A DNA stretch of 64,000 bases from Epiperipatus broadwayi (Eukaryota > Animalia > Onychophora), in contig JAQFVV010000003.1 in NCBI GenBank assembly GCA_028023455.1, forward strand, positions 18,910,001-18,974,000, written 5' to 3'. A model generated the notes under the pieces. That model did no database searches, was not told the DNA's origin, and was given only the letters and a program-made list of their open reading frames with translations. The translations under genes were made by a program, and so were the position numbers. Below, one piece after another: positions 13,150 to 27,455 of this stretch (its first letter is position 1; each line of letters opens with the position of its first letter).

Positions 13150-14460
13150 AAATAATTTATTCTGGCATCTCAATTTTAGAACTTCAATATAAGCTTTAAT
13201 AAGCCATTACGCATATTCTACAGGAAATTTGACATCTTTTTCCATGCTAAATTTCAACAGAAATCGACAATATTTTTTTTTTAACTTGTCATGCTGAATT
13301 ATCTTAGGAGAATGTTGTAAATACATGTTAAGTCTATTCTTATGTTTACTAAAAAATAAAAATCCTTAATGGTTTAAAAAAGAAGTTACAGCATTCTCTG
13401 TATGGCAGATAATAATATTAATATGGAACTTCATAATTAGTAAAAGGATTTAAAGGCATTAGTTCAATTGACAAAAAGGCTAAGAATGATTGGTGGATTA
13501 AAACTGCAAAGGAGATAATCATTTTCAGGTTACTTTAGGTCTTTTTTAAAACTAATATGGGCCTAAAAAACAATATCACAGTCATATTAAATGAGTGGAT
13601 GGCATTCTTTTGTATGATATTTTAAACTGATAGACAAAATATTTTGATGAACTTTTGAATTTAAGAGAAAATATTTTGATGATTTTTTGAATTTATATGA
13701 TATTTTAAGCTGTTAACATATTTTGATCATCTTTTGAATAATATTAGAAGTTTTTAGATTTCTTTTAATAATATATTCATCCTCTCTATTCATTTAAATT
13801 TGGACTAATATATCCTGAACATTGAAGTCAAAACAACTAGCTCTTTATCATTTTAAAAGATGGAAAGGCTATAGGCACTAGTGAAATACATAGTGATAAT
13901 TCCATATACAATAGTACTATGATAAGATTGAAAACTATTGGAATTTTTTTAAAAATATATAGAGCATGAAGTTATACCACTTTATCTTAAGAATGCATTT
14001 ATCATTTCAATTATAAAAAGAGATTGGATAGAAAAAGTCTGTAATAATTATTATGGAATATTATTATTGAGTGTAACAAAAATACTTCTGAGAATTTTAT
14101 TGAATAGATTGTTTATGGTTGTGGATGAATATTTACTAGAGTCACTTGGACAATCAAGAAACATTGCAGGAAAAACAAAGGCATGATTTATATATTGCTT
14201 TTTTTTTATTTAGGCAAAACATTTGGCTCAATCAAAAAGATCTATATCAATCTTTAAAATTCCCTTATTTGTCTACTGATATTTATTTATATTATATAGT
14301 CTGTATGATGGTGTGAGAGAAAGAATTATTGCTGTAATAAAATCTCAAGGACTTAAAATGAAAACTAGTGTTAAACAGGGATAGGTTTTAACTGTGTCTT
14401 TATATTTTTATAATCGTGGTCTTTGGAACAGTTTAAAGATGATTTCTTAGGCAAAATACG
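13150..14460 (+). mobile_element. Ancient RTE/BovB-like LINE remnant
   Basis: Broken frames KAKNDWWIKTAKEI, KYFDELLNL, GKAIG, NNYYGILLL..KILLRILLNRL and KTSVKQG follow the linker/RT order of RTE elements. Confidence 0.55.
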
Positions 14461-15914
14461 AACTTTTTATATTGTTGGCTTTTTCATTTACTGATGATTG
14501 TATTATCCAGAATTGATTTACAGAATATTCTTTATGCTTTAAATGCAATAATTAAAGACTTTGGTCTAGTAATTAATTTCCAAAGAACTCAAATGCTTTA
14601 TTAACTAGTAATGGAAGAAAATTTTTTAACTATTTTTAGTTTGACAGTTATCAGTTTGAAAATAATGAATCAATTTAAAATATCATGGTATAATAAATAT
14701 AAAACCTTCTCAAAAAAAGTATTTTATAATAAACTCAAATTTTGTTCTCAAAAGAAAGGTAGATACTACTTGTATTATAAAGATCATATTAGACATTATA
14801 TAATGGGATACAATATTGATTGTTTTCATAAAGCTACAGTTAAGTAAGCTATCAAAAGTCTCTTAAAAAGAAGTTTTTTTTGCAGAAGAATTTAAAAGAT
14901 CACATAGCAAGTGATATATGTGGATATTATTTATGAATCACATATTGGTTTGTATAATTGTCAGAAAATTTATTTTTTAATTTTATTCTTTGTTGAATTA
15001 TAATGGCCATTTTTGTTTATGAATGGTTGTTAATAATAAATAATTGTTTACAGATGTAGTTACAATAAGTAGCTATTATTAATTAATTTTCTGAGGGTCA
15101 ACTTATTGGAAGGTTCTATAAAAGATATTTTTTATTATGTCTAGAGATATGTTGAGAAAATTGATTCTCTGGATATTTTTTTCTCAATACTTATCATGAA
15201 AAGTGAAAAAACACCATAATTTAGTTTATTAACTATTAAAAGTGTGCCACAGAGATTTAGCTTTTTCAATACTTCATAACAAAGCTCTATTACAGGATTT
15301 ATTTTTTTAAAAAAAAAAAAGATTAGGTAAATTTTATTGAATTCTTTTATCTCGGGCTGTCTTTTTTAGAATTTGTTTTGCACTGATTTTCAGTCGAGAA
15401 TTGCAATATTTATATTGCTTTTTGTTTATATCTAGTATTTCTAATATGACAGTTAATTGCAGATTGGGTATAAATTCATTTCTTTATCCTTTTCAACTTA
15501 TTTTCAACATATATCTGTCCAATTCCTGTGAAAATCACTATCTTTACTTATTTTTCATTATGAGGGTGTAATTTCATTTAATTTTAGAATTTTTGATAGA
15601 TGGGTTGTTATGAAACTGTCCATCGTAATGTGATGATTGACTATGAAGTTCTAAAACAATGCAAATACATCTTATCTTTGAGATATTTCATGTTTGAAAT
15701 TGCATATTGTAAAAAAGAGAAAAGGTTCAGAATATAATGTTTTTACACACTGAAAAATCTGTGAAAATATGGGAAAAAAGTTTTAACTAGAATTTTATTT
15801 AAAATAAAGAAAAATATGAGGGGAAGTAAATAGCAACTTTTAGATAAAAAAACAAAACTGTAACATTGTAGGATGAAAAAAAAACTATCAGATTAACTTT
15901 TCTTTAGAATATAT

Positions 15915-18070
15915 TGTAACGGGCACAGACGACGTTACATTGTTTTTTTATTATTAAACATAAAAAAAATAAAAGTTCGCAAATAAAAATTTCTTTTTTA
16001 AGAATTAAAAATTGAAAATTAAAAAATCATCTTAAACTCGTATATATATAAAATCGCACAGATAAAAAAAAAAAAATTATTAAAATAAAACTTTATTAAA
16101 AATAGAAAAACTAAATCTTTCAACAAAAAGATTTAGAGATAAAAATATCTTTAAGTTTGGAAAACACATTAATTAATCAGAAATGGAAATGATTATTTTA
16201 ATTAGTCAAAGTAAACTAGCCTTTGGGCATTTAAATGTATAAGCAACGGTCAGATAGGAAAACAATAGAAACTAATAGCGAATGAGAGAAATCCATCGGG
16301 AAATCGGACCTCAATGGAAGGATCATCATCAACGATGACGTAATGTCCATTGGATCCTAAAGGTAATATAAAAGGAAAAGTTTGGAAATTATTAGTTAGT
16401 TATTATGATGTGACTATATGTGTTAGTGCGGAGTTGAAGGAGAAGGGATTGAAAAGACACACTCTTCAATCCCTCCAGTTTTGTTAAAAAAAAAAAGAAA
16501 TGACATCGTTTTTTTTACATTAAGGACTAGTTAAACTAAAAGACCTCCGGATAAATAAAAAAACAACGGTTAACTCGACCAATCTCTTTAGGACGGCGTG
16601 GGAATTCACGTTCAAACGGCAAGCAACGGATAAATATGAACTGTTTAAAACCGTAAGAACTTTATGTTAATGAACATTAAATTAAATACTTTCCATATTT
16701 AAAATAATTGCAATAGAATCCTATATGACCAACTTTATTTATTAATTAATTATAATTTTATTTAATGTATTTCTTTTGTAAAATCATTTCCATTTATTTA
16801 TTTATTTATTTGTTACTTTAAGTTTTATGATTTCTGTTTTTCGATAAATTAAACTATAAAAATATTAAACTTAAGTCGGGCGTGAATGGCTATATAGATT
16901 TGTAAAGTTATATTAGGGGAGGGTAATCTTAGATTATTCGTTTCATAGTTTAATTAGATCAATGGATTAGATATATTGATGTAATTAGTAGATGTAGTAC
17001 GGGATTCGCTACGGGCAGAATCGCTATTATACGCCGCACACACTCGTTTTGCCTATGGGAGGAATTATAAGACGGAGACCGCAGTTCCTTCCTATGGAGT
17101 TTTTTTTTATTGCTCTCATTGTCAGATAGATGTAATATTCCTATCTGACAAGAAGTAGTTTCTTCTCTTAACCTAATTGTGCTGCCATATTCGTATTACA
17201 TTGAACACATCGATATATCAGATGGATTGAAGTTTGGTTTGACTGCGAACCTTTGGATTGAATATTTTCTTTTCAAATGCAAATCTATGTAGTCTATTCA
17301 TACTCGGCACTCTAAATAAAGATGCATTAAATTTAAGTTGGGTATAGACGCTTGCATGGGTTCGTTACCGGTTGATTATGTTTTTGGTTTTCATATTTGA
17401 TCAAAATATATAGACATTCGGTAAATACTGATACCTTACGGTGAGTATCTAAGATGTATTTATGTTGGATGTCTTTTAAGTTATTGGTGTCAATGCGGTA
17501 TCTTATGATGAACACCATTGGGTTTCTTATATTCCCTATGCCATTGACGGTATCAATGACTTTGTATTTTGATCGTTTATGTTTATTTTGAAATGTTTTT
17601 TGACCATGTAATCTATGTAACCGATCTATACTCAACATTAAAAACACATTTTATAAACCCATCTGTGCGAACTTATAAAAAATTAAAATGTAAACTTATA
17701 ATATTATAAAAATTAAAATGTAAATTTAAATTCTAAAATCAAGTTAAAATCCAAAGTAAAAGTTATTCTAAAATAATGCTAAATTTTATATATGTGCGTA
17801 AATAAATGTTTGTGCATTAATTACTGGCAGTGGCTTATTTTATTCTTTTTTATATATTCTTAGATAAGAATTTATTATAAATATAAATCTCTGCTACTTC
17901 TTGAGCTAGTGACAATGGGCTAACGACCGGATATCAAAATATATAAAGGAAAAAAATATATTTTTTTTTTGACTTACGTATCTGCCTACTTTATAAATTT
18001 TCTAGGTTCAAATGCCTAGATGGCGCCCTGTAGTGCAGATGACGTTAGCTGGTATTTCCGGATCGTTACA
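15915..18070. mobile_element. Solo LTR-like element (Gypsy/BEL type), 2156 bp
   Basis: Termini TGTAACG...CGTTACA flanked by a 4-bp ATAT duplication. It is CpG-retaining, unlike its flanks, has TATAAG..CAGTT and AATAAA motifs, and has no recognisable ORF. Confidence 0.65.
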
Positions 18071-19059
18071 ATATATATATATATAAGCATGTTAAAGTAT
18101 AACTATAAGAAAGAATGTTTATATTGTTTAATTTTTTTATTTAAGAAATTATTTTTAATTTAATCATAATTCTATTTTATTTCAAATTTATTTTCTGTAA
18201 GCTTTAAATAATAATAAATAAAAAATGAGAAATTTCAAACAGTTGATATAGCAAAGTTTTGGAGTTTGGATAGTAAAATATAATTGATAAGAAAATCAAT
18301 AAGTAATAAATTATTTAATAGAAATAGTTAAAAGTAAAACTGAGTTTGTTGAAGAAAAGAAAATAGAAAACTCCTCAGCAAAAGTTTTATTTTCCAGGAT
18401 CAAACATATTAATGCACTTAGCATTGATATCTTCAGCCATTAGAATTAAAAACTAAGGATTAGATAGTTGAAAAATCAGAATTAAATAAATATACTTTTC
18501 TTTTATCACTATAATAATACTTATTTTATTTCATCAATCAATCTGACAGTTTCGATGATCAGCAGTCTTCTTCAGAGCTAAAACATATATGGATACATGA
18601 ATATATAAAAAAAACAGTTTATCTAATCAATATAAATAATACAAAATGAACATCATATCCCATTATATTCTTTTTACATCCTATTATATATACAGTACTA
18701 AATATACCTCCAAAGTGTGTACTATATTCGCATCATAATAAAATTAAAGACAGTAAATCTTTAGCATTTTAATATATTGTAAATTATAAAAATATAGTTA
18801 ACTTAAAAACATGTAATCTTTTATTAATTAATAAACATTTAAGCACTTTTTTGTTTATTTTGAATTTACTTATTAGATTTCTATTATTAATCTAAATATT
18901 AATGTATACATTTTTGATTTTATGACTTTTAAATTTAGATTTAATATTTATTATTAAATTTCTTATAAACAAATTATTATTATTATAAAATGTTTTTTTA
19001 TAAATATTTTTCAATTCTTGTTTAACTAATATTAGCAACCGAATTTTGAATTTTAAATA

Positions 19060-21190
19060 GCTGTGATGCACTATGGCTTCTCCTTTCTTGGAGTCAGGAA
19101 TCTCTCAGCCATTATGCCCATAGAAACCTGTTACTTTACCTTCCCTTTCCATTCCCCACCCTAGGTTTTTCCCATATTCTTCTCTATCCTGTTCCACTCC
19201 ATTTCCTCAATTTTATCTTTGTCCACTCTATGACTTTTATACCTAAACTCACCTTATCTTTTTCCAAACACAGCATTGAAAACAACTCACTTTCTGTATA
19301 ATCACCTTGTTTATATTTATTCTCCACAACTTGGATTATTTGTACCCTTTCTGCTTGTAAGCATTTACATTCAATTAACAGATGCCTAATATTTTCTATG
19401 TCTTCCTTACATGACTTGCAGATTCAATCACCAACATTATTCCATTTATGTGTATATTCCCTTATTGCTAACGATCCTGTTCGAGCCTTAAATAATAAAC
19501 TACTTTCGTTGCTATTGTTGTAAATTAAATCACACCTACTATTCTGTTTACTTCTATATATATTTTTATTCTCCATCTCTCCAACTCCCTATTTTTTATT
19601 AATGCATCTATTCTTCTATCCTATTACTTGTCATTATTATACTCAACAATTTTTTTAACACAATGATCCCATTTTTTTTGTATAAGTATGCTTAAGTCTT
19701 TATTCAAATCTGCATACCGTATTACCTTTCTCCTCCCTCTTGTTGCCTGTCCTTTACTCATAACCCAATTAAATACTATTTTGGCTATTCTCTTATTATC
19801 CACAAATTGCAATCTACCAAATATTTTCTTTTTGCTTTTTGCATCTCATATAAAAGCTTGACCATTCCATTTTTCCTTCAATTGCCTTTTTTGCTAGTGC
19901 ATGTCTTCCTATTTCTCTTTGTGCTTTTTCTAGATAATCTAACACCCCTTTACTAACACAATGCATTGTTACCATAAGTTAACTCTACTACTGCCACTCT
20001 CTTCCATACAGTTATTGATGCATCATATTTATTATATGAAAACACTGTTAATTTCTTTATCAGTTCCTTTCTTTTCTTTGCTTCATTTATCAATTTTTTC
20101 TCCCATTTATTCAAATAGTTATACCTATTCACCACATTTAGCTTTATATCCCCAATAAAAAAATTTTCTCTTTCTTTCCCCAGCATTTATCATCATTACT
20201 TTTTATTTTTGCACTAAATTTAATCCCATCTCTTTACCCAACCTTGCACATGTCTTCAGCATAACTTCCATATCTTCCCTACTTTCTGTGCACAAGAAGA
20301 TATTAACAAATAAAAGACCTGATCCTTGCCATTTATTAATGATATCTCTACCCCTCTTCCTAGTCTTTCTATTGCTCTCTCCATTTTTCACAAATATAAC
20401 AAACAAAAATAAATAAGCATAGAGGAACCATGCCTTAGCCCCACCCCACTTTTAACTCTAACTGAATCTATATTTCCTAATTGATATGTATAATAATTAT
20501 TTTCATACAATCTCTTAAGAAGATACATTAACATTTATTTTCAAATTTACACAGAGGCAAAATTCTCCATACATTAGCACCACTCAGTGCAAGTCAGAGT
20601 AATCAATGAATGTTTAGGAAAGTTTGTGCACAAAATTCCTATCTAATGCCTACTCATCCAATGTTGCCAGACTAGTTTCTAGCTTGTGGCTTTCATCAGT
20701 GAGGAGCCTTGGATCTGATCGCTTAATGGTGCTACTGTATGGATTATGGAGAGTTTTGCCTCTGTGTAAATGGCTTGTGAGGGCAGGGGGGAATGGTAGT
20801 CATGTGATGTTTGGTGGTTTAATTCCCAAATTTATTAAACTTACCCATAATCTATTTTTCTTTTTTATCATATACCTTCTCTCTATCTACAAAGACCATA
20901 TATAACTCTACTCATATCTATAAGTTAAGTGACTACAAATAAACTATCTCCTATAAGCCCATATGATGGAAAACATCCTTTCATTCCTCCCACTATTATT
21001 TTCTTCCACCCTTCCACTCACCATATATGCAACAACTTTATATAACACTGATGTTATCGCTATCAGTGTATAATTGTTTTATTTTCTATGATCCTTACCC
21101 TTTCCTTTAAATAATAGCCTTATTCTTGTATTATTCCAGCTATCTGGAAATTCTGTCTTCTGTGACATCTTATTAAAACATGATAATAGA
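19060..21190 (-). mobile_element. Decayed non-LTR retrotransposon (RT plus C-terminal CCHC finger), interrupted by a MITE
   Basis: Minus-strand remnants FPDSW..RIRLLFKGKG..NNYTLIAITSVLYK, VFVDREKVYD, GLRHGSS, WKRVAVVELTYGNNALC and a C..C...HLLI.C knuckle. The clade was not assigned. Confidence 0.75.
20550..20766. mobile_element. MITE, family A, internally deleted copy
   Basis: TA|CACAGAGGCAAAA...TTTTGCCTCTGTG|TA. It has one full arm of about 165 bp and a short right arm, and is homologous to 27338 and 50318. Confidence 0.8.
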
Positions 21191-21214
21191 TGTAATTTTG
21201 TGTTAGTTGATGTA

Positions 21215-21630
21215 AGGTGATGCACTGTGACTTCTTATACGGAATCAGGAATCTCTCAGCAACTATGTCCAGAGAAACCTGTTAGCCACTTTACCTTCCC
21301 TTTCCATTCTCCACCTTAAGTTTCTCCATATCCTGTTCTATCCCATTTTCCCAACATAATCTTTGTCAACTTCATGGCCTTCATATCTAAACCCTTCTTA
21401 TCTGTTCCCAAACCCAGCATAAAAATCAATAACCTACTTTCTGTATAATCACTTTGTTTATATTTAGTCTTCCATAACTTCATCATTTGTACCCTTTCCG
21501 CTTTCAAGCACTTACATTGAATTAACAGATGCCTAATATTTTCTATGCCTTCCTTACACAGTTGATGTGATGTGATGTATTGTGGCTTCTCCTTAAACGA
21601 AGTCAAGAATATCTTGGCAATTATGCCTCT
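21215..21630 (-). mobile_element. Two more 3'-end fragments of the same CCHC LINE
   Basis: 21215-21570 aligns with 19060-19420 (ORF LCKEGIENIRHLLIQCKCL). 21572-21630 repeats the extreme 3' end with a (CATCA)n tail. Confidence 0.8.
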
Positions 21631-22530
21631 TTTTATTATTTATTCTTATAGTGATAGAAGAAAGTGAATTTATTTGCTTTTATAATTTTATCAATGCATA
21701 AAGAAGTATAAGGTGAGAAGAAGAATACAATACTTAAAAAAGAAAATATTAGTATTATTACTAAGATAGAGAAAGTGGCAAATTAGTTGCCAGTAATGAA
21801 AAAGAAAGATTAGATATAAGATTGATGAGATGAATGATTTATGGGGAGGAAAAAATTAAAATAATAATTTAGAAATAGTAGCACATGTAATGGAATAAAT
21901 TCAGTAAGTTTTATCATTGGCTTTCCTATTATAAATGATAGAATGGTAAATTTGAAAATGAAAAATTGCATCTCACTCTAACTTTCATTGATCAAAGATC
22001 TTAAGATTTTCCAAGCAATATTATTTATTTTAGCAAATAGGCTAATTTAGTTTTAAAATAATTGGAAGGTTATTCAGGGTTACATATTGATTAATAACTA
22101 TGATGGTCAAGAAATAGATATTATGCATGAAGAAGTTTAATAAGTTATACAAAAATAGTTGTCTAATGATAATGAGAAATTCAAACATTATTATGAGATT
22201 GGGATTATATAGCTATAGATTTTAGATAGCAATAAGAATGACAGAAGAAATATTGACAAATTTGTGTATAATAATATATAATTTAAAAATTTCAAGAGGA
22301 TTATTTAAAATCCATATATAAATTTGAATCATAGTTTATTATTGACCATTATTTTTTAAGATAATAAAAATAATTGGCTAAAATTGAAAGGTAATGGTAA
22401 AAGAAATATTCTTAAATTTGTGACTAGTGATCAAATTTAGATAAAAAGTTAAATGACAAAATTAATAAATTAAATATCAAAAAAATAAAGACTGTAGAAT
22501 TAGCAATGAGTGTAAAGAAATAAAATATTA

Positions 22531-22672
22531 AAAAATCTATTAATTTTACTGCAGTTGTTAAATATGTTAGATAGTTTATCTTTGACTAATTACTGATTAC
22601 CAAAAATCTATTAATTTTACTGCAGTTGCTAAATATGTTAGGTACTTTATCTCTGACTAATTACTGATTACC
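22531..22672. repeat. 71-bp tandem duplication (2 copies)
   Basis: aaaaatctattaattttactgcagttg..gactaattactgattacc occurs at 22531 and 22602 with a few mismatches. Confidence 0.92.
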
Positions 22673-25308
22673 TTATCTTTGTCAAATACAAGGGCTTTGA
22701 TATATTGCTGTTATATATGCATAATATATAAAATAATGAGCATGCTAGTAGCTCTAAACAAGCTTTATCAATAAATGCTGCAAGAGAAATTTCATATCTA
22801 GAATTATCCCCATCCCCAATCCGGTTTCAAGCTATTGGCTATCGTCAGTAGTACAAGCTTATCAAGTTAAATCATGTAATATATGACTTGATTTTATTTA
22901 CATAATATATGTATGCATGTTTTCTTTCTGAAGGCAGATTTGAATGTCTTGATGTTCATTATCAATAGTTTGCCATTGCTCAACACAGTTTAGCTTTAAT
23001 TATCAATTTGCTTATTTATTTATTTTTATTAGGTGATTATTTATCCAACTAATCAAAGGACAAAAATAATTAAAATCTTGAAATGTTCACAAATTAATTT
23101 ATTTAAAGGTTTAGTCTTAACTAGTTGGACAAATTATACAGAACAAACTTTGTAGTTTTTATATGTTAAGCAGAAAATTTATAAATATGTGAGTTTCTGT
23201 AGTCACATGTAAAATATTCAAATGTAATTTCTACTTTTGTTATGCATACCCAAGTCAGTTTCTTTGATTGCAATTAGTCTTCATTTTAGAGTAATGTTCA
23301 CTATTTAAACTCATGATTGTGCATGACGAAAAAGCATATGCCTTTTTATATTTTTTTTCTAATTTAAAGAAAAAACTCAGATAGGCAAAATGATATGACT
23401 TGCTTTGAACACTATCTACTTGTATTCCAATAAATCTTTGGGTTTGCCTTAAAATAAGCCTGCCTATATTTATATAATTTGTAATTTTATTTTATTTCTT
23501 AGTAGTAAAGATATATACACACTATATTTCTTATTAATTGTTAAAAATTCAAGACATTCGATGAAGCCATAAGTAAACTTGATGGAATATATCATTTTTA
23601 CTGGTTTGGTTTGCTGGAATAATGAATAAAATTTAAATATTTTTTTAGCGTCTGTAAATTCATTCTATATATGTGATATCTATTTTATGTTTTTGCTCAC
23701 CAAACTTTTACTGAAAGACATTAAATCATTTAAAATAAAGCATTGTGTTTGAGACTAAATATTATTATTGTACTATATATAAATTTTAATTACATTTTAA
23801 AAGTAGTATAACTTGATTAATTATTATGATTAGTATTAACAAATAAAAAGATATTATAAGCTGATAAATGTATTAGATTACCTAAAATAATTTTTAAACA
23901 CATTATCAAATTAAAATATGAAGATATTTTTAAAAGGGAGAAAAATATTCCTCTTCTCTTTTTTATTTCAATATTATTTCAACTTTAAACAAAAATAATA
24001 CTCATTTAAACCAAATTTTGTTATAATATAGAACAATAAAATATATTTGGTTTATATAAAGTAGATATATTTATTACAAAAGAAAGTAATCAATACATAT
24101 AGTTTAATATAGTATTTAAAGAAGAAAAATCACAAGTAAATTTTCTTAATTAGATTACAAAGAATTCCAAAAAATGAAAATTATTATGGGTAGAGATGGC
24201 TTGTTTATCACAACACTTTTTTATTTTGAGATTTTTTGATTTTAGAAGTAGAATTGCCCTGTTTAAGGTAATGCACAATCAAAATGGTATAGAAATTAAT
24301 TTTGCCTGCTAATATTGAATTACAGATTTTAGTAAAGGAATTTGAGAAAGAAAACTATTATTGAAAGTTTATCATTTCAAAACTGTAACACAGAAGAAAT
24401 CTATTGACAATTTTGCATTCTGATATAAATTAATTTTTTTAAATTAATAAATCTTTAATTATCTCATATTTTTTGAGATTTGATATACTGTGTTTGAAAA
24501 AAGAAAAATAATAGAATATCATGCTTGAGAACTAGAAATGAGAAGATGAAATTCTCTCCAAGAAGCTTTAAATCTGAATTAGTCATTCACTTATATATGT
24601 TAAATCACAAAGCATTCCATTCACCAACATAAATATCATAATTTATTTATTTTTTAAGATAAACATTTTTTAATTTTTTTATTAGATTAGTAATTGTTTC
24701 TCTCAGATTGATGATAATAATTTTTTTCAAAATTTCATGGCACTTCTGGGGATTGATTAGTGAGGTAGCAGTAAGAAAGACTAAATTGAATTAATATTGT
24801 TAATTTTTAAAATCATTTGAGAATCTCCTAGGCCAGGATTTCTCAAGCTGGATTCCATGGAATACAGGGATTTTGCATGACTATTACTCCATGACCGATT
24901 TTAGAGAAATAAATTATTTATATTTGGAGTTTTGAGAATCATGGTAATAAATCTAAATTCCATTCCCACTGCATTTCATTACTGTCTTATTGAAAATACA
25001 TTCATCAAATTTGATAAAATAAATATAAAATAAGAAGACATAAATATGAAAAAAAAAAAAAAATTATCAGTGTATAAAAAAAATTATATTTTAAAAGTTT
25101 AATGTATTACTATTTCCTTTATTTTTCCATAGTGACAGATTTCATATAAAAATCAAAATTTCAAAAAGTAGAAGTTAAAATTTTGAACCGGTAAGTGCAA
25201 AAGCATTAAAAGTAATAATGTGACTTTTAATTATATATTTATGGGAAAAAACTTTTTTACTGCATTCTGTAACAAAAAACAAATATATAAAAATAATCTC
25301 TTACATAA

Positions 25309-25561
25309 AGTGTAATTTTCACTACACCATTCACACAAGGTAGAGACTGGTTTCTATCCTCATTTAACATCTTGTGGAGAGATATAATCATAAACATATA
25401 TTTGTGGTGCTGGTTTAGCACAATGGGCATCTTGGGGATCTTAGATCTTTTTCACATATCTTGGGTCATATGTTTATGATTACATCTCGCCACAAGATGT
25501 TAAAAGCGAATTGAAACCAGTCCCTACCCTTATGTGAGAGTAGTGTAGTGAAAATTACACT
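25309..25561. mobile_element. MITE with about 95-bp imperfect TIRs
   Basis: agtgtaattttcactacac..ttaacatcttgtgg..atcataaacatat is mirrored by atatgtttatgat..ccacaagatgttaa..gtgtagtgaaaattacact. Confidence 0.8.
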
Positions 25562-27337
25562 ATAGAAATATTATTCATCATTGGATAATCTCTAGTCTAA
25601 TGAATGACTAATAAAATATAAAAATAGATTGAATATAGAAGCTGACTTGCAATTACAACTAATATTTATAATTCCAAATTTTAAAGATTTCTTTAATATG
25701 GAGTTCATCTAAATTATTAACTTTCAGTGTTTTAATTATAGAAATTAATTTTTTTAACCTACTAAAATATGGAAATTATAATTTTTCTGACTTAAGTGCT
25801 ACTGTTTTAATGTTTGTTTGCTTTTATTTGTTTTTAAAATTTTTTAGGACTTTAGATTCTGCAATTTTTTTTACCCAATCAATAGATGTTTCATGAGTCA
25901 AAAAAATTTGAGAAACTGTTCTTAGATTATTTTTGGAAGCTCACAAACATTTCCAACTTTTAGGAACATTGAGTATAATTTGAGATAAATAATAGGTTTA
26001 GATAAAATTGTAATAGGAGTGACAGAGTCATTGCTTTTTTTTTTTTTAGGGGGGGGGGGGTATAATGATCAAGATTTGAAATTGATTTATTATATGCACA
26101 TATATTTTTAGTTTATTGTTATTTAAGTTGTTAATAATTTCTTCACATATTAACTTTATTAATTTTATGTTTAAAAATAATTTATGTATCAGATTCATTT
26201 TCTTTTACTTTTCAGTGTAAACATATTATGTAATAATTTCGCAACATTTATCACATGCATTTTTTTTTTTTAAAAAAAAAAGAAGCAAACTTAAGTTTCT
26301 TTTCTTTTTTAAAATTAAAGTGTCCTTTAAAGTTTTTTTTATTCATTTCAATTTGTGATTACAGACAAATATTGTGATCATTGCTTTTTTAAAACCCTCC
26401 CCCTCTCTATCAATTATTAAAATAAAATATGTACATATATTTAATCTTTTGTCTAACTATTCTCCAAGACAATAGGGTAGTGCAACCAAGCAATATTTCA
26501 TCATCATTAGTGGCAATTTGCCATTCATAATACTTTATTCTACCATCTTAATTTTAAAAGTGAATCCGTATATTATTTAAATGAAATAAAGTTAAATTTA
26601 TGAAAGATAATTTTTTTATTGAGATAAATAATCTAATAATTACAATAATAGTGTCTTTTTTTTTTACTTCTCTTTCTTGAAGCATATATATTACATTTGT
26701 TAAGCAATAGGATATTGACACTATGTGATAACACTTATCCTCATTATTAATAGTATGTGATTGTTTATTAACCCCTTAAAATTTACTTTAGCTTTTCAAT
26801 ATGGTAAATCAAAATTTAAGCTTTTATTAGCATGTGCTTAATGTTTATTAATTTAAAACTATAGCAAGTGCACTATTGTTGCTCTCATGGGCAGAATATT
26901 GCTGAAGATAGAATATAATGAAGAATTATAATTAGAAAAGTTTGTAAAGTCATGCAAAAGAAAAGTTGCCAAAAAAAAAGTGAATGTAAAAAGATTTAGG
27001 ATATCAATATGTATGAACATATTTGTGATTCACAAAATTCATCCTTAATTTTTTGTCTTTTTGAATTGTTTGGAGTTAAAATAGTCATAACTCATTTATG
27101 AATCATTTCTAATGATGCTGATGATATAAAGTTATGACTATCACTTTCCAGAAATATAAAATGAAATGCACACATATAATCAGAAAGTTATAAACAATTT
27201 TAACCATTTATTACTGGAAACGCTCCAATTACTCTCAAAGTTTAGCATCCAATGATAATATACTCTATATAGAGAGGAGAGAAAAAAAGATACACATAGA
27301 AATTTATCAACACATTTTATGATGAATTACAAGATTT

Positions 27338-27455
27338 AGGCAAAACTTTCCATACAATAGTACCACTCAGTGCAAGCCAGAGTAATCAATGGATGCAAGA
27401 AGGCTTGTGCATAAAATTCCTATCTAGTGTCTACTCATTGCTAGTTTCTGGCTTT
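27338..27455 (+). repeat. Single-arm fragment of MITE family A
   Basis: aggcaaaact..ccactcagtgcaagccagagtaatcaatgg..cataaaattcctatctagtgtctactca is shared with the 20550 and 50318 copies. Confidence 0.8.

Noticed and set aside
17333-17647. 104-aa ORF inside the LTR-like element
   Set aside because: No gag, pol or env motif is recognisable.
21700-22400. Further LINE or Tc1 debris (also about 28600-29200, 37230-37620, 44500-45100, 61540-61640)
   Set aside because: Only faint endonuclease, RT or transposase-like words are visible, too degraded to delimit or name.
26030-26061. Poly-T/poly-G run and other microsatellites (GA 49031-49047, TAA 62168-62190)
   Set aside because: These are ordinary low-complexity tracts.
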